Shown: in pieces, positions 9,636 to 19,124 of the stretch
Layout: the number at the start of each line of letters is the position of its first letter
Position numbering within the stretch: the stretch's first letter is position 1
Translations under genes and position numbers: made by a program
Notes under the pieces: generated by a model
Database searches by the model: none
Seen by the model: the letters and a program-made list of their open reading frames with translations, nothing else
Told to the model about the DNA's origin: nothing
Assembly (NCBI GenBank): GCA_035285545.1
Contig: JAYKGY010000019.1
Span: 64,001-128,000, forward strand
DNA length: 64,000 nucleotides
DNA from: Snowella sp.
GTDB taxonomy: Bacteria; Cyanobacteriota; Cyanobacteriia; Cyanobacteriales; Microcystaceae
Reading direction: 5' to 3'

Positions 9636-11687
9636 TTAGTGACGGCCATTACCGTTGGCAGCTCCATTCCCATTAGTTACGAGGACGTTATTGGCTAGTT
9701 TTTCAGGAACTTCTTGCAGATGGTCGTATTCCCAGGTAAAGGTTCCGACTCCCAAGGTCAGCGATCGCAACTCGACAATTAAGTTTTGCATTTCCGACTG
9801 GGGCAATAACACTTGAATTTGATCCCAAGCTTTCCAATCGGGACGACCTTCATACCCTAAAATTTGTCCCCGATGGCCACTGACTAATTGCAAGGCTCTG
9901 GAAGTAAATTCTGACGGAATCGAGACAACTACCGAAAGGATCGGCTCAAGCAAGACAGGCTGACACTTGGGCATTCCTTCGGTCATGGCAATGCGGGCTG
10001 CTTGTTTAAAAGCTTGTTCTGAACTATCGACGTTGTGATAGGAACCATCGGTTAGGGTGACATCAATATCCACAACGGGAAAACCTAAAGGCCCATGATG
10101 CAGATATTCCCGCACGCCCATTTCAACGCCTGGAATATATTGACGAGGAACGGCTCCCCCCACAATGGTTTCGTGGAATTGGAACTCACTGCCGCGTTCT
10201 AGGGGTTTGATTTCGAGATGCACATCCCCAAAAGCTCCGTGTCCGCCGGTTTGGTGTTTATAGCGACCATGAATTTTGGTACTGCTCCGAATGGTTTCTT
10301 TGTAGGGAACCTGGGGAAGATGGGTGGTCATCGGTAGGTTATATTTACGGCGCAGTCGGTCTAAGGCGACTTTGAGGTGAATTTCCCCCTGACCCCAGAG
10401 AATAACTTCCTGCGTATCGCCGTGTTGCTCCCATTTTAAGGATGGGTCTTCTTCTAGGAGTTTTTGGATTGCCGCACTGAGTTTGACTTCATCTTTGCGG
10501 TTTTCGGGCGCGATCGCCAAGGCATAGACGGGTTCTAGAATCTCCGCTTTGGGAAGGGATTTAACGGTTTTCCCTGTGGTAGCCGTATCGCCGGTTTGGA
10601 TTTTTTCTAAGCGACCAACTGCGACAATTTCCCCGACCGAGGCACTTTGTAAGGATTTTTGTTGTTGACCACAGAGCCGATATAAACCACTAATTCGGAC
10701 TCCGTTAAGCGTTGCCCCATCATTCAAGGTTCCCTGCCAAACTCGTACTAAGGACAAGCGGCCGCCTTGTTGAGTGAAATAAGTTTTCAGGACTTGAATA
10801 ACGGTTTCGCCACTGTCTTTGCTATCAAAGCCACGACGTTCTGCGGTAACGGTGGGGGCAGGAGCTTCTTTAATTAAGCAATCTAGCAAGGGTAATACGC
10901 CATAATCCTGTTCGGCAATGCCAAAAAAGACAGGTACGATTAAATCCGCACTGAGTTCTTGTTTAAGATCCTGAAGAATTTCTTCCTGGGAAGGTTCAAT
11001 GTCTTCCATGAGTTCTTCTAACAGATGATCGTCAAAATTGGCTAAGGTTTCTAGCATTTCTTGACGGGCAAACTGTTCTTCATCTTTAAGATCGCCTGGT
11101 AAGGGAATGGGATCAGCGGGACTATTGGCGTGGTATTGGTAGGCTTGTTCGGTAACTAAGTCAATGTAACCAATTAAATGTTGTCCTTTATGGATGGGAT
11201 ATTGTTGGGGAACGAGGGGACGAGCGGAAACGGTTTTGAGGGCTTGCAGAACGTCCATGAAGTCGCTTTTTGCCCGATCCATTTTATTAATAAAAACCAG
11301 ATGGGGAATTTCCCAATCATCTAAAAATTTAAATAAGGGCGATAGGGTTAACACTTTATCGGTATCGGCTTCACAAACAACGATCGCGGCTCCGGCTCCG
11401 ACGAGGGCATTGTAGGTTTCTTGGGCAAATTCAATCGATCCAGGGCAATCGAGGAAGGTAAATTGGGTGTCTTGATAAACGGTACTAGCGGCACTCACTT
11501 CTACGCTCATTTGCCGTTCTTTTGCTTCGGGTGCATGATCACTGACGGTATTGCCGTCTTTAATACTGCCTTTGCGGGTAATGGCTCCGGTAACGAATAG
11601 CAAACTTTCGAGTAAGGTGGTTTTTCCACTACTGTAGGGGCCAGCGATCGCGACATTACGAGTATTTTCTGATAGATTTTGGCTCAT
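9636..11687 (-). CDS. Elongation factor G paralogue (EF-G2-like)
   Basis: GPYSSGKTT, DCPG, NKMD, GQGEIHL, PQVPYKETI, DGSYH; the G1 motif diverges from canonical fusA. Confidence 0.9.
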   Translation of the reverse strand: MSQNLSENTRNVAIAGPYSSGKTTLLESLLFVTGAITRKGSIKDGNTVSDHAPEAKERQMSVEVSAASTVYQDTQFTFLDCPGSIEFAQETYNALVGAGAAIVVCEADTDKVLTLSPLFKFLDDWEIPHLVFINKMDRAKSDFMDVLQALKTVSARPLVPQQYPIHKGQHLIGYIDLVTEQAYQYHANSPADPIPLPGDLKDEEQFARQEMLETLANFDDHLLEELMEDIEPSQEEILQDLKQELSADLIVPVFFGIAEQDYGVLPLLDCLIKEAPAPTVTAERRGFDSKDSGETVIQVLKTYFTQQGGRLSLVRVWQGTLNDGATLNGVRISGLYRLCGQQQKSLQSASVGEIVAVGRLEKIQTGDTATTGKTVKSLPKAEILEPVYALAIAPENRKDEVKLSAAIQKLLEEDPSLKWEQHGDTQEVILWGQGEIHLKVALDRLRRKYNLPMTTHLPQVPYKETIRSSTKIHGRYKHQTGGHGAFGDVHLEIKPLERGSEFQFHETIVGGAVPRQYIPGVEMGVREYLHHGPLGFPVVDIDVTLTDGSYHNVDSSEQAFKQAARIAMTEGMPKCQPVLLEPILSVVVSIPSEFTSRALQLVSGHRGQILGYEGRPDWKAWDQIQVLLPQSEMQNLIVELRSLTLGVGTFTWEYDHLQEVPEKLANNVLVTNGNGAANGNGRH

Positions 11688-12113
11688 AATTCTGTCAATC
11701 TTTTTTTATGTTTAATCTCTGATTTAATTCTGAGCTTAACCCATTGCTGGAGAGAGATACCTATTCTGCAATTTCTTTTAAACTAAAGGGTTTTTAATGT
11801 TAAAAAGCATGAATAAATGTAAATAAAATTATAAGAAATTTTTCAAAATTTTACGTCATCTTACGTCTTTTACCAAAAAATATTCAATTTATGAGCAATC
11901 TCAAGAATTCTCAGGATGGCATTTATAGATACACTCTATTAAGAATTTTATGTAATCAGATGCTTTCCAAGTAATCTTTTTGTTGGAAAGTTATATATGG
12001 AAATTTTGAAAACATCTCTATTTAAGCCAATATTATGCGAAATATTTCTGTATAATCGATAGTCATTAGGCAATAAATTAAGAAAATTGAGACTTAACTC
12101 GACAACAATAGTT

Positions 12114-13493
12114 ATGAAGATTTTCATTTCGTATAGTTGGCAAGATGTACCTCTAAGAAAAGCTATAGTAGGCGAGCTTAAGAGCGTCGACAGTTTTGAA
12201 GTTTTATTTGACGCGGAACGGGTACAGCCGTCTTCACCCATACACCCAACTATTTCAGATCTACTAGACAGGTGTGATATAGTAGTCGCTATTCTTACTG
12301 CTTCAAGTTTGGCTTCAAAAGAGGTACTTGATGAGTTATCAAGAGCTAATGATAGGAGAAAGCGGATATTACCTTTTTGTGATGAATCGGTAACTTTGGA
12401 TGAAATTCCACATTACTTAAGAGATATTCTTAAAATACCTTTCGCAAACTCTTCTTTTGACAACGATGTGGATGCGTTGGTTGCTTCCTTGCAAGCAATG
12501 CCGATAAATACAAGTATCACACCTAGCCCAAACTCAAAAAGTAACTTTGCACCATCAACAGTTCGTGAATTTGGAAATGTTGATTTTGTTTGGCTTCAGC
12601 GAAGTAATTTGGGGAGAGAATTACTTGAACAAGTGGTAGCTATGTGTAAAATTTTTCCCTTTTCTTGGGAAGAAGGATCTGGACAACATACTACTCCAGT
12701 TTTTATTTCGCCTAACACTTTTATTCCTGACGATTGGACACGTAATTTCCTACGCGGTCTTATTTCCTGCTCGGCTACTGCTAAAGAAGCTAAAACTATT
12801 GTAGAGATCGGTGTTGGTACAGGAATTGTTCCTATTGCACTCTCTTCAGCAGGCTTTAATTTTGATAAATACTATGGTTTTGATATAGATACCCTGGCTA
12901 CCCGTGTTGCCAGCCTCAATATAGCCTTTTATCAATTAACAAATAAAGTTGCTCTTCATGGAGGTGGTTCTATCTTTGAACCAGAAAGAAACTTCGATTT
13001 GGGTACTGAATATGCAGATCTCATTATTGCGAATGTTCCTCAAGTGCCATCAATGTCTACAGGGCCCATTAGAGATCTCTTTGATTACTATCATATGCCA
13101 ATTAGAACTAATGGATCTGACGAGGAAGAATGTGCTATGCAGGGTCTTTGGTTAGTGCGATCAATTCTTCAGCAATCATATTCTCGCCTACAGAGAGATG
13201 GTCGTATCATCCTGAATATAGGAGGACGACCTGGCCATGAAAATATTCATGCAATGATCGAGGAATGTGAATATGATGCAGAAATTCTTCATACTGAAAT
13301 TGTTGAACAAGATCCTGAAACAGATATTTCAGCTCTAGTTCATTTTGAAAAAACCCAGAGTATTGAGTACGAATTTTATAAAGACATGAGGGCTAGAATA
13401 AAAATATCTGCGCGGCAAGCCTATAGTCGTATTTGTGAAGGGCAAAAATGTTACCATAAACTCCATGTAATTGAAGCAAAATTAAAAAAATAA
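12114..13493 (+). CDS. TIR domain fused to a methionine S-methyltransferase (MMT/MmtN)-like domain
   Basis: N-terminus KIFISYS...FD...CDIVVAILT.SSLASKEVLDEL..A...KRILP (TIR_2-type with the conserved Glu). C-terminus FIPDDW...F..GL, IVEIGVGTG, GFDID, ANVPQV, NIGGRPG, TDISALV..E. The ORF track starts at TTG 12087; ATG 12114 is preferred. Confidence 0.8.
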   Translation: MKIFISYSWQDVPLRKAIVGELKSVDSFEVLFDAERVQPSSPIHPTISDLLDRCDIVVAILTASSLASKEVLDELSRANDRRKRILPFCDESVTLDEIPHYLRDILKIPFANSSFDNDVDALVASLQAMPINTSITPSPNSKSNFAPSTVREFGNVDFVWLQRSNLGRELLEQVVAMCKIFPFSWEEGSGQHTTPVFISPNTFIPDDWTRNFLRGLISCSATAKEAKTIVEIGVGTGIVPIALSSAGFNFDKYYGFDIDTLATRVASLNIAFYQLTNKVALHGGGSIFEPERNFDLGTEYADLIIANVPQVPSMSTGPIRDLFDYYHMPIRTNGSDEEECAMQGLWLVRSILQQSYSRLQRDGRIILNIGGRPGHENIHAMIEECEYDAEILHTEIVEQDPETDISALVHFEKTQSIEYEFYKDMRARIKISARQAYSRICEGQKCYHKLHVIEAKLKK

Positions 13494-13657
13494 ATAATTT
13501 TTATGTATAATTCTAAAAACGTATTTGAAAAATTTTTCTGGATTTCTGAAGTCTTCATTTTTTTAACGAAATATCCAAAAAAATATCTTTTCGTTCAGTA
13601 AAATATTTTCCAAACATACTTTTAAACCAAACTAATAAATCAGTTTTAGGAGATTAA

Positions 13658-14131
13658 ATGAAATTCAAAGATTTGTTTGAGAAATGGAATTTAACTGGGC
13701 TAAAAATAAAAACTCCCATCATGGATATGGAGTGGAATCCCTCAGATCCTGATAGAGATGCTGCCTGGGATCTCTACATTGAATTGCTGACTCGTGTAAC
13801 CACGCAGACGCTACCAAGCGGCCATGGCTCTGAAAAAATAGCTCTAGAAAGTGTATACTCACTATTTGGACTAACTCGTCAAACTCTTAAAATGCACGGA
13901 CGGTCATGTGTTGAGTTTACTAAAATTTCAATTATTGTTTTGAATCAAGTAATTCGTCCATTTACTGCGAAATGGCATAGACTGAGTGAACAGAAAGCGT
14001 TTGATGATCCTAAAAAATGTCAAGAATTTCGGTCAGAACTTGCAGCATTGCAGATTCAGCTTAGAAATTATACGAAACTTCTTGCTGAATTAGCAAATGT
14101 TGAAGACTTAACAGAAATTGAAGCTGAATAA
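13658..14131 (+). CDS. Hypothetical alpha-helical protein, 157 aa, co-oriented with the TIR-methyltransferase
   Basis: AGGAG RBS; intact ORF with DAAWDLYIELLTR...VLNQVIRPFTAKWH; no function assigned. Confidence 0.8.
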   Translation: MKFKDLFEKWNLTGLKIKTPIMDMEWNPSDPDRDAAWDLYIELLTRVTTQTLPSGHGSEKIALESVYSLFGLTRQTLKMHGRSCVEFTKISIIVLNQVIRPFTAKWHRLSEQKAFDDPKKCQEFRSELAALQIQLRNYTKLLAELANVEDLTEIEAE

Positions 14132-14340
14132 TGAGAAAAATATTTGTTAGTTACTTTCATGAATTTTTCGTAATGTAAATTACATTAACACTGCTCTCTA
14201 AGAAGAATAGGAATAAACCTAGCTTATAATTGATGAAATGCTTTATTGCAAACAAAAGGCTTGATATTTGTTCGATGTTTGGAGTCTTAAAATCTGCCGA
14301 AAAACAACGCGAAACCCAATCCAATCAAGTCCAAATTGCA

Positions 14341-14437
14341 CTAAGTAGTCATGCAAAATAAATTACCTACTAGACAAGCCTAGAAGCTTTGCTATACAAG
14401 GATCGCTATGTATAAATAATTTTGCCGAGGTACTTAG
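14341..14437. mobile_element. 97-bp MITE-like element with imperfect terminal inverted repeats
   Basis: Left end CTAAGTAGTCATGCAAAATAAATT; reverse complement of right end CTAAGTACCTCGGCAAAATTATTT; no coding capacity. Confidence 0.65.
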
Positions 14438-14472
14438 ATCTTTAACAAAAAAATTCACAGCTTTAAAAGACC

Positions 14473-14907
14473 TTAATTCGGAAAATATTCTGAATCTAGG
14501 ATCTGCTCTTCGGTAAAAGGGCAAGTAGCGGGAAAAATTTCTGGGCTGAGTTTGGTTTCTGTTACTGCGTCGCGTTTAGCTTTTTTATAACAGTCTTCGA
14601 GCTTTGAAGTTAGATAGGGTCTAAGACTTGGGCTATCTTCTAGGACTAACTCGATCTGGTCTCTTTGTTCGTTGATGGTTTTTATCCAACTGGTGCTTTT
14701 CTTTTGGGGCTGATACTGGCATTTGAGCAGGTGCATGATTAGGACTTTGAGACGGTTAAAAATTTCTCGTTTATCACTGCGGGTCATAGCTTCTATCTCA
14801 TCGATCAGGTTGTCCAAGTCAACGCTTTGGAGATCGCCCCGTTTGAGTGCGGTGATAGTTTGCTGTGTCCATAGATTAAAATCCGTATTATAAAGGGTTT
14901 GATTCAT
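14473..14907 (-). CDS. DUF29 family protein
   Basis: LYNTDFNLW...DLDNLIDEIE.M...HLLK.QYQ...SW...SPSL...FP..CPFT.EQILD. Confidence 0.92.
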   Translation of the reverse strand: MNQTLYNTDFNLWTQQTITALKRGDLQSVDLDNLIDEIEAMTRSDKREIFNRLKVLIMHLLKCQYQPQKKSTSWIKTINEQRDQIELVLEDSPSLRPYLTSKLEDCYKKAKRDAVTETKLSPEIFPATCPFTEEQILDSEYFPN

Positions 14908-14991
14908 AGTTCTTTAGTCCAGACGATTCCAACATATAGACCAATGCTGAGTTGAAGACAAAACATCAGCTACTAATTCAATCATAAAAAC

Positions 14992-15591
14992 TTAAAAACA
15001 ATTGCGGGGATTTCTAAAACCTTTAATAAACGCATTAGCCCGTTGTTTTGGGGTTCCGTGATGTTGAACATCGTAATAGTGATAGTCTCCGACCATTTTG
15101 GCGGCAATCATACCTTCTTGTAAATCACCAGGCTCTAAGACCCCCACGCGATCGGTCGCCGCAAAAAACATTCCGGCAAAACAGTCCGCTTGCAGTTCTA
15201 AACGGACAACGGGGATATTACGACGAAATAAGCCTAAATGCTTTTGGACAGAGTGGCCATATTCATGGGCAACGGCATAATAGGCGGCTGCATCTCCTTG
15301 CATTTCAGCTAATTGGGTTAGGGCAGGAATATTGAGATGAATAGAGTTATTTTCGGGGCAATAGTGGGCTAGTTCAGAGGGGCCGCAGGGAGTTCGTTCT
15401 ACCCGTCTGTGGGGATAAACCACAGGGTAACGGTATTTTATATTTAACTGTCGGAAAAAAGATCCCCAAAAGGTGTCTAAGGCGTTACTGACGCTCTCTA
15501 ATGTTGCATAATCCCATTCTGCTCTCACAGGCGTTACGATGCCCAAACCTAACGCGATCGCGGCTAATCCCCCAAGCCAAAAATGTTTCAT
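14992..15591 (-). CDS. Secreted neutral zinc metallopeptidase (YpfJ-like)
   Basis: Signal peptide; AHEYGHSVQ, ELQADCFAG, HGTPKQR. Confidence 0.85.
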   Translation of the reverse strand: MKHFWLGGLAAIALGLGIVTPVRAEWDYATLESVSNALDTFWGSFFRQLNIKYRYPVVYPHRRVERTPCGPSELAHYCPENNSIHLNIPALTQLAEMQGDAAAYYAVAHEYGHSVQKHLGLFRRNIPVVRLELQADCFAGMFFAATDRVGVLEPGDLQEGMIAAKMVGDYHYYDVQHHGTPKQRANAFIKGFRNPRNCF

Positions 15592-15672
15592 AATTAATAT
15601 CGATTTACCGAAGCATGATAGATTTTACCCGTAAAAAATACTCAATAGTTGAAAAACTAAACACTTTTTGAA

Positions 15673-16050
15673 ATGACCGATACTATTCACGTCCAAGGCA
15701 TTCGTTGCTATGGCTATATAGGCTTGTTACCCGAAGAACAGGTGCTAGGCCAATGGTTTGAAGTAAACCTGACCCTTTGGGTCGATCTGACCACTGCGGG
15801 GAAAAGCGATCAAATCCAAGATACCGTCGATTACCGACAGGCGATCGCCCTCACCAAACAATTGATTTCTCAAGAAAAATTTGCCCTAGTCGAAAAATTG
15901 GCCCAAGCGATCGCGGATGCAGTCCTTACCATTGATTTAGTCGAACAAGTCCGAGTACAACTCATTAAGGTTTCGCCGCCCATTCCCGATTTTGGTGGGA
16001 GTATTGTAATTGACATTAAACGGGCTAAAAATAAAGAAAAGCTTAACTAA
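15673..16050 (+). CDS. folB: Dihydroneopterin aldolase
   Basis: YGYIGLLPEEQVLGQWF...SD...TVDY...LVEKLA...K. Confidence 0.92.
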   Translation: MTDTIHVQGIRCYGYIGLLPEEQVLGQWFEVNLTLWVDLTTAGKSDQIQDTVDYRQAIALTKQLISQEKFALVEKLAQAIADAVLTIDLVEQVRVQLIKVSPPIPDFGGSIVIDIKRAKNKEKLN

Positions 16051-16392
16051 TTAGGGATTATTACAAGCTGTAAAGATAGTGATACAGATTTAGGAACTGA
16101 TGGGAAAATTTAAACTAAGAGCAAAGCCATTAAATCTTTAAGAAATTATGACATTCAGTGACCGAATAACGAATTAAAAATCACCTTCAAATCCAAGTTA
16201 ATTCTGGAAATAACTGAGTAAAACTGCTGGTATTTCAAGAATTACTGATTATTCATTCACAGTAATTACAGAAGATTCTGAATCAAATAAACCTTAAATT
16301 AAAGGAGGAATCCTCTGATGAATCTTGATCGGAAAAACTTCTTTAAGAAAAGCTTTGCTCTAATTTTGTCGTTGCTCAGGAGATCACACACT

Positions 16393-16569
16393 ATGTTTTG
16401 GAAAATTAGACAAATGGGAGGCGTTATTTGGCAGTATGTGAATCAGCCAGTTTTTAGCCCACGACAAGATGCCATTTGGAAACCGAGTCGCTTTTGGTAC
16501 GTTTATAAAATTCAATTACTCGAAAACTGTTGGCAAATGAGCGGTTCAGAAAGTCATTCCAATTCTTGA
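16393..16569 (+). CDS. Small Trp-rich hypothetical protein (58 aa)
   Basis: AGGAG upstream of ATG 16393 (MFWKIRQMGGVIWQYVNQPVF...). The ORF-track start at 16318 also has a GGAGG, so the start is ambiguous. Confidence 0.55.
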   Translation: MFWKIRQMGGVIWQYVNQPVFSPRQDAIWKPSRFWYVYKIQLLENCWQMSGSESHSNS

Positions 16570-16601
16570 GTCGCCTAATAGTAAGCATTCGCTGATTAGG
16601 T

Positions 16602-16630
16602 TTGTCAAAACATTGATTATGGCCTATGAT
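16602..16630 (+). promoter_or_regulatory. Sigma70-type promoter of ndhR with an overlapping NdhR-like box
   Basis: TTGTCA (16602-07), 17 bp, TATGAT (16625-30). ATTG-N8-CTAT at 16612-16627 is one mismatch from ATAG-N8-CTAT. Confidence 0.55.
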
Positions 16631-16701
16631 ATGAGCAGGAATATTACGCTTTAATCTATGGCTGATATTTTTGATCAGCGAATCGTTAGGAAAAAAGTCC
16701 C

Positions 16702-17631
16702 TTGATTCAAGCCACTCTACACCAGTTAAAAGTTTTTGAAGCTACGGCTCGTCATGGTAGCTTTACTCGTGCTGCCGAAGAACTCTTCATTACCCAGCCC
16801 ACCGTCTCTAGCCAAATTAAGCAATTATCTAAGGCGGTCGGTTTGCCCCTATTTGAGCAAATTGGCAAACGTCTTTTTCTGACGGAAGCGGGTCAGGAAT
16901 TATTAGCCACCTGTCAGGATATCTTCAATCGCCTAGATAATTTTGAAATGAAAATCGCGGATTTTAAGGGAACAAAACAAGGTTGCCTGAAACTTGCTGT
17001 GATTACGACGGCTAAATATTTTATTCCCCGTATCTTAGGCTCTTTCTGCCAAACCTATCCTGGGATTGATGTGTCTTTAAAGGTGACCAACCACCAACAA
17101 ATCCAGCGTCGGATGCACGATAACGAAGATGATCTCTACATCGTCAGTCAGCCTCCCGAAGATTTAGATTTGACGTTCCAACCGTTTTTAGATAATCCCT
17201 TGGTGGTTATTGCCCGTCGGGATCACCCCTTAGCTGGCATTCCCCAAATTCCCATCGACAAGTTAAATGATGAAGCGTTTATCGTGCGAGAAAAGGGATC
17301 GGGAACTCGTCAAGCAGTACAGGCATTATTCAATCAATATAATGTTAAAGTTCATGTGCGCCTAGAACTCGGTAGCAATGAAGCCATTAAACAGGCGATC
17401 GCGGGCGGTATGGGGCTATCGGTGTTATCGGAACATACCTTAATTTCTGAAGGCAAACAAAGTGAACTCACCATCTTAGATGTGGAACATTTTCCGATTA
17501 AGCGACGTTGGTACGTAGCCCATTTAACAGGTAAACAGTTATCGGTGATTGCCCAAACCTTCTTAGAGTATTTATTAGAAGAAAGTCAAAAAATGCCTCT
17601 ACCGTCTTCCAATCTACTCACCCTCGTTTAG
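16702..17631 (+). CDS. ndhR: LysR regulator of the CO2-concentrating mechanism, NdhR/CcmR
   Basis: QATLHQLKVFEATARHGSFTRAAEELFITQPTVSSQIKQLSK...KGTKQG...TTAKYFIPR, recognised as close to Synechocystis NdhR. Confidence 0.85.
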   Translation: MIQATLHQLKVFEATARHGSFTRAAEELFITQPTVSSQIKQLSKAVGLPLFEQIGKRLFLTEAGQELLATCQDIFNRLDNFEMKIADFKGTKQGCLKLAVITTAKYFIPRILGSFCQTYPGIDVSLKVTNHQQIQRRMHDNEDDLYIVSQPPEDLDLTFQPFLDNPLVVIARRDHPLAGIPQIPIDKLNDEAFIVREKGSGTRQAVQALFNQYNVKVHVRLELGSNEAIKQAIAGGMGLSVLSEHTLISEGKQSELTILDVEHFPIKRRWYVAHLTGKQLSVIAQTFLEYLLEESQKMPLPSSNLLTLV

Positions 17632-17700
17632 CACGTTTCCGATGTTGAGCAATTTCGGTAAACCGTCCCTTAAGATTATCCTTGTTCGACACATTAGGCG

Positions 17701-18240
17701 TTGACTATGAAATTGATTGTTTCTCTGATTCTTACGGTCTGGATATCGTTGAGTGTAAATCTTTTGGCGTTGCAACCGGCGATCGCGGCTCCCAATCTTA
17801 CTCCGATTCCCGTTACTGCGGCATTGCCCTTTTTTCAAGATATTTTTCGAGGTTCGGTTCCTCCCAATCTGGGCGTTAAAAACGATCAACTCGCGCCTTG
17901 CCCTAACTCTCCGAATTGTGTGGTTAGCCAAAATGGAGACGCTCAACACGCGATCGCGCCGATTGCCTATCAAACAACGCTAGAACAAGCGAAAACCACC
18001 TTACTCAAAGTCTTAACCGTTGTCCCCGGTACAGAAGTCGTTGAACAAACCGACCATTACATACGGGCAGAATCCACCAGTAAAATCTTTGGCTTTGTGG
18101 ATGATGTGGAATTTTACTTTCCTGAAGATAACCCAATTATTCAAGTTCGTTCAGCTTCGCGGCTTGGGGATTCCGATTTAGGAGTTAATCGCAGACGAAT
18201 TGAGCAAATCCGATTAGCTCTCCAAGACTTAGGGGTTTAA
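17701..18240 (+). CDS. DUF1499 family exported protein
   Basis: Signal peptide; LAPCPNSPNCVVSQ...FVDDVEF...RSASRLG.SDLGVNR.R. Confidence 0.9.
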   Translation: MTMKLIVSLILTVWISLSVNLLALQPAIAAPNLTPIPVTAALPFFQDIFRGSVPPNLGVKNDQLAPCPNSPNCVVSQNGDAQHAIAPIAYQTTLEQAKTTLLKVLTVVPGTEVVEQTDHYIRAESTSKIFGFVDDVEFYFPEDNPIIQVRSASRLGDSDLGVNRRRIEQIRLALQDLGV

Positions 18241-18248
18241 TTGCCAAC

Positions 18249-19124
18249 TTAAATGGCAAATCCATGATTAAACAAGGAAAAACGAGAGAGTGGGTGAGGG
18301 GATTTATCTCCTCCCTCTTGTTTTTTAGGGCAAGACTCCACTGAATGTTGAAAAATGACCGCCTCGCTCAGATTTGCGCCTTGAAAAATCGCATTATCTA
18401 GAATGGCATTCGTCAAGTTTGCCCCCTCTAAATTCGCTCCGGTTAAATTTGCGCCTCTTAGGTTCGCCCCGATTAGGTTCACATCTCGAAGATTCGCCCC
18501 CACTAAATTGGCGTGTTGGAGATTAGCCCCCTGTAAATTACTATTTCCTAATCGCGCTTGGGATAATTGAACCCCTTCTAGATTGACCCCCTGCAAATCC
18601 ACATCTTTCAGAAAAGCATGACTTAGATTAACTTCATGAAAAGAAGCATTGGTAAGGTTCGCCCCGATTAAACGCGCCTCTTGTAAATTAGCCCAGTTAA
18701 AATTAACGCCCTTAAGATTAGCATCACGCAAATTCACGCGGTAAAGATTTGCCCCACAAAGATTCGCGCCTTCTAAATTGGCTGCCCGTAAATTGGTATG
18801 GGAAATGTTGGCACCACTTAATTTTGCATGGCTTAAACTTGCTTTGACTAAGAATGCACCACTCAAATTGGCTTTGGTCAAATCCGCCGCATCTAAGCAC
18901 GCCTGACTTAGTTTGGCATAGGTCAGATTCGCCCAATTCAAGTTAACTTGACTGAGATTCGATTTTGTTAAAAAGGCTCGACTCAAATTCGCTCCTATCA
19001 GGTTTGATCGGGCCAAATTGACCGCAATTAACATCACCCTGGATAGGTCGGAACCCTGTAGATTAAGATGCGGAAAATCCCGTAGACCTCTTTCATAAGA
19101 TCGAAGAAATTCGTTTATCTTCAT
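18249..19124 (-). CDS. Pentapeptide repeat protein
   Basis: Continuous A(N/D)Lxx repeats after Y..G.RDF. Confidence 0.95.
   Translation of the reverse strand: MKINEFLRSYERGLRDFPHLNLQGSDLSRVMLIAVNLARSNLIGANLSRAFLTKSNLSQVNLNWANLTYAKLSQACLDAADLTKANLSGAFLVKASLSHAKLSGANISHTNLRAANLEGANLCGANLYRVNLRDANLKGVNFNWANLQEARLIGANLTNASFHEVNLSHAFLKDVDLQGVNLEGVQLSQARLGNSNLQGANLQHANLVGANLRDVNLIGANLRGANLTGANLEGANLTNAILDNAIFQGANLSEAVIFQHSVESCPKKQEGGDKSPHPLSRFSLFNHGFAI

Noticed and set aside
11948..12241. 97-aa ORF antisense to the start of the TIR gene
   Set aside because: No recognisable motif, and it overlaps the TIR coding strand.
12600..13493. Calling the TIR-fused domain a second PrmC/HemK or a DNA methyltransferase
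   Set aside because: It has NVPQ instead of NPPY/DPPY and carries MMT-type GGRPG and TDISALV motifs; a canonical prmC is at 35963-36856.
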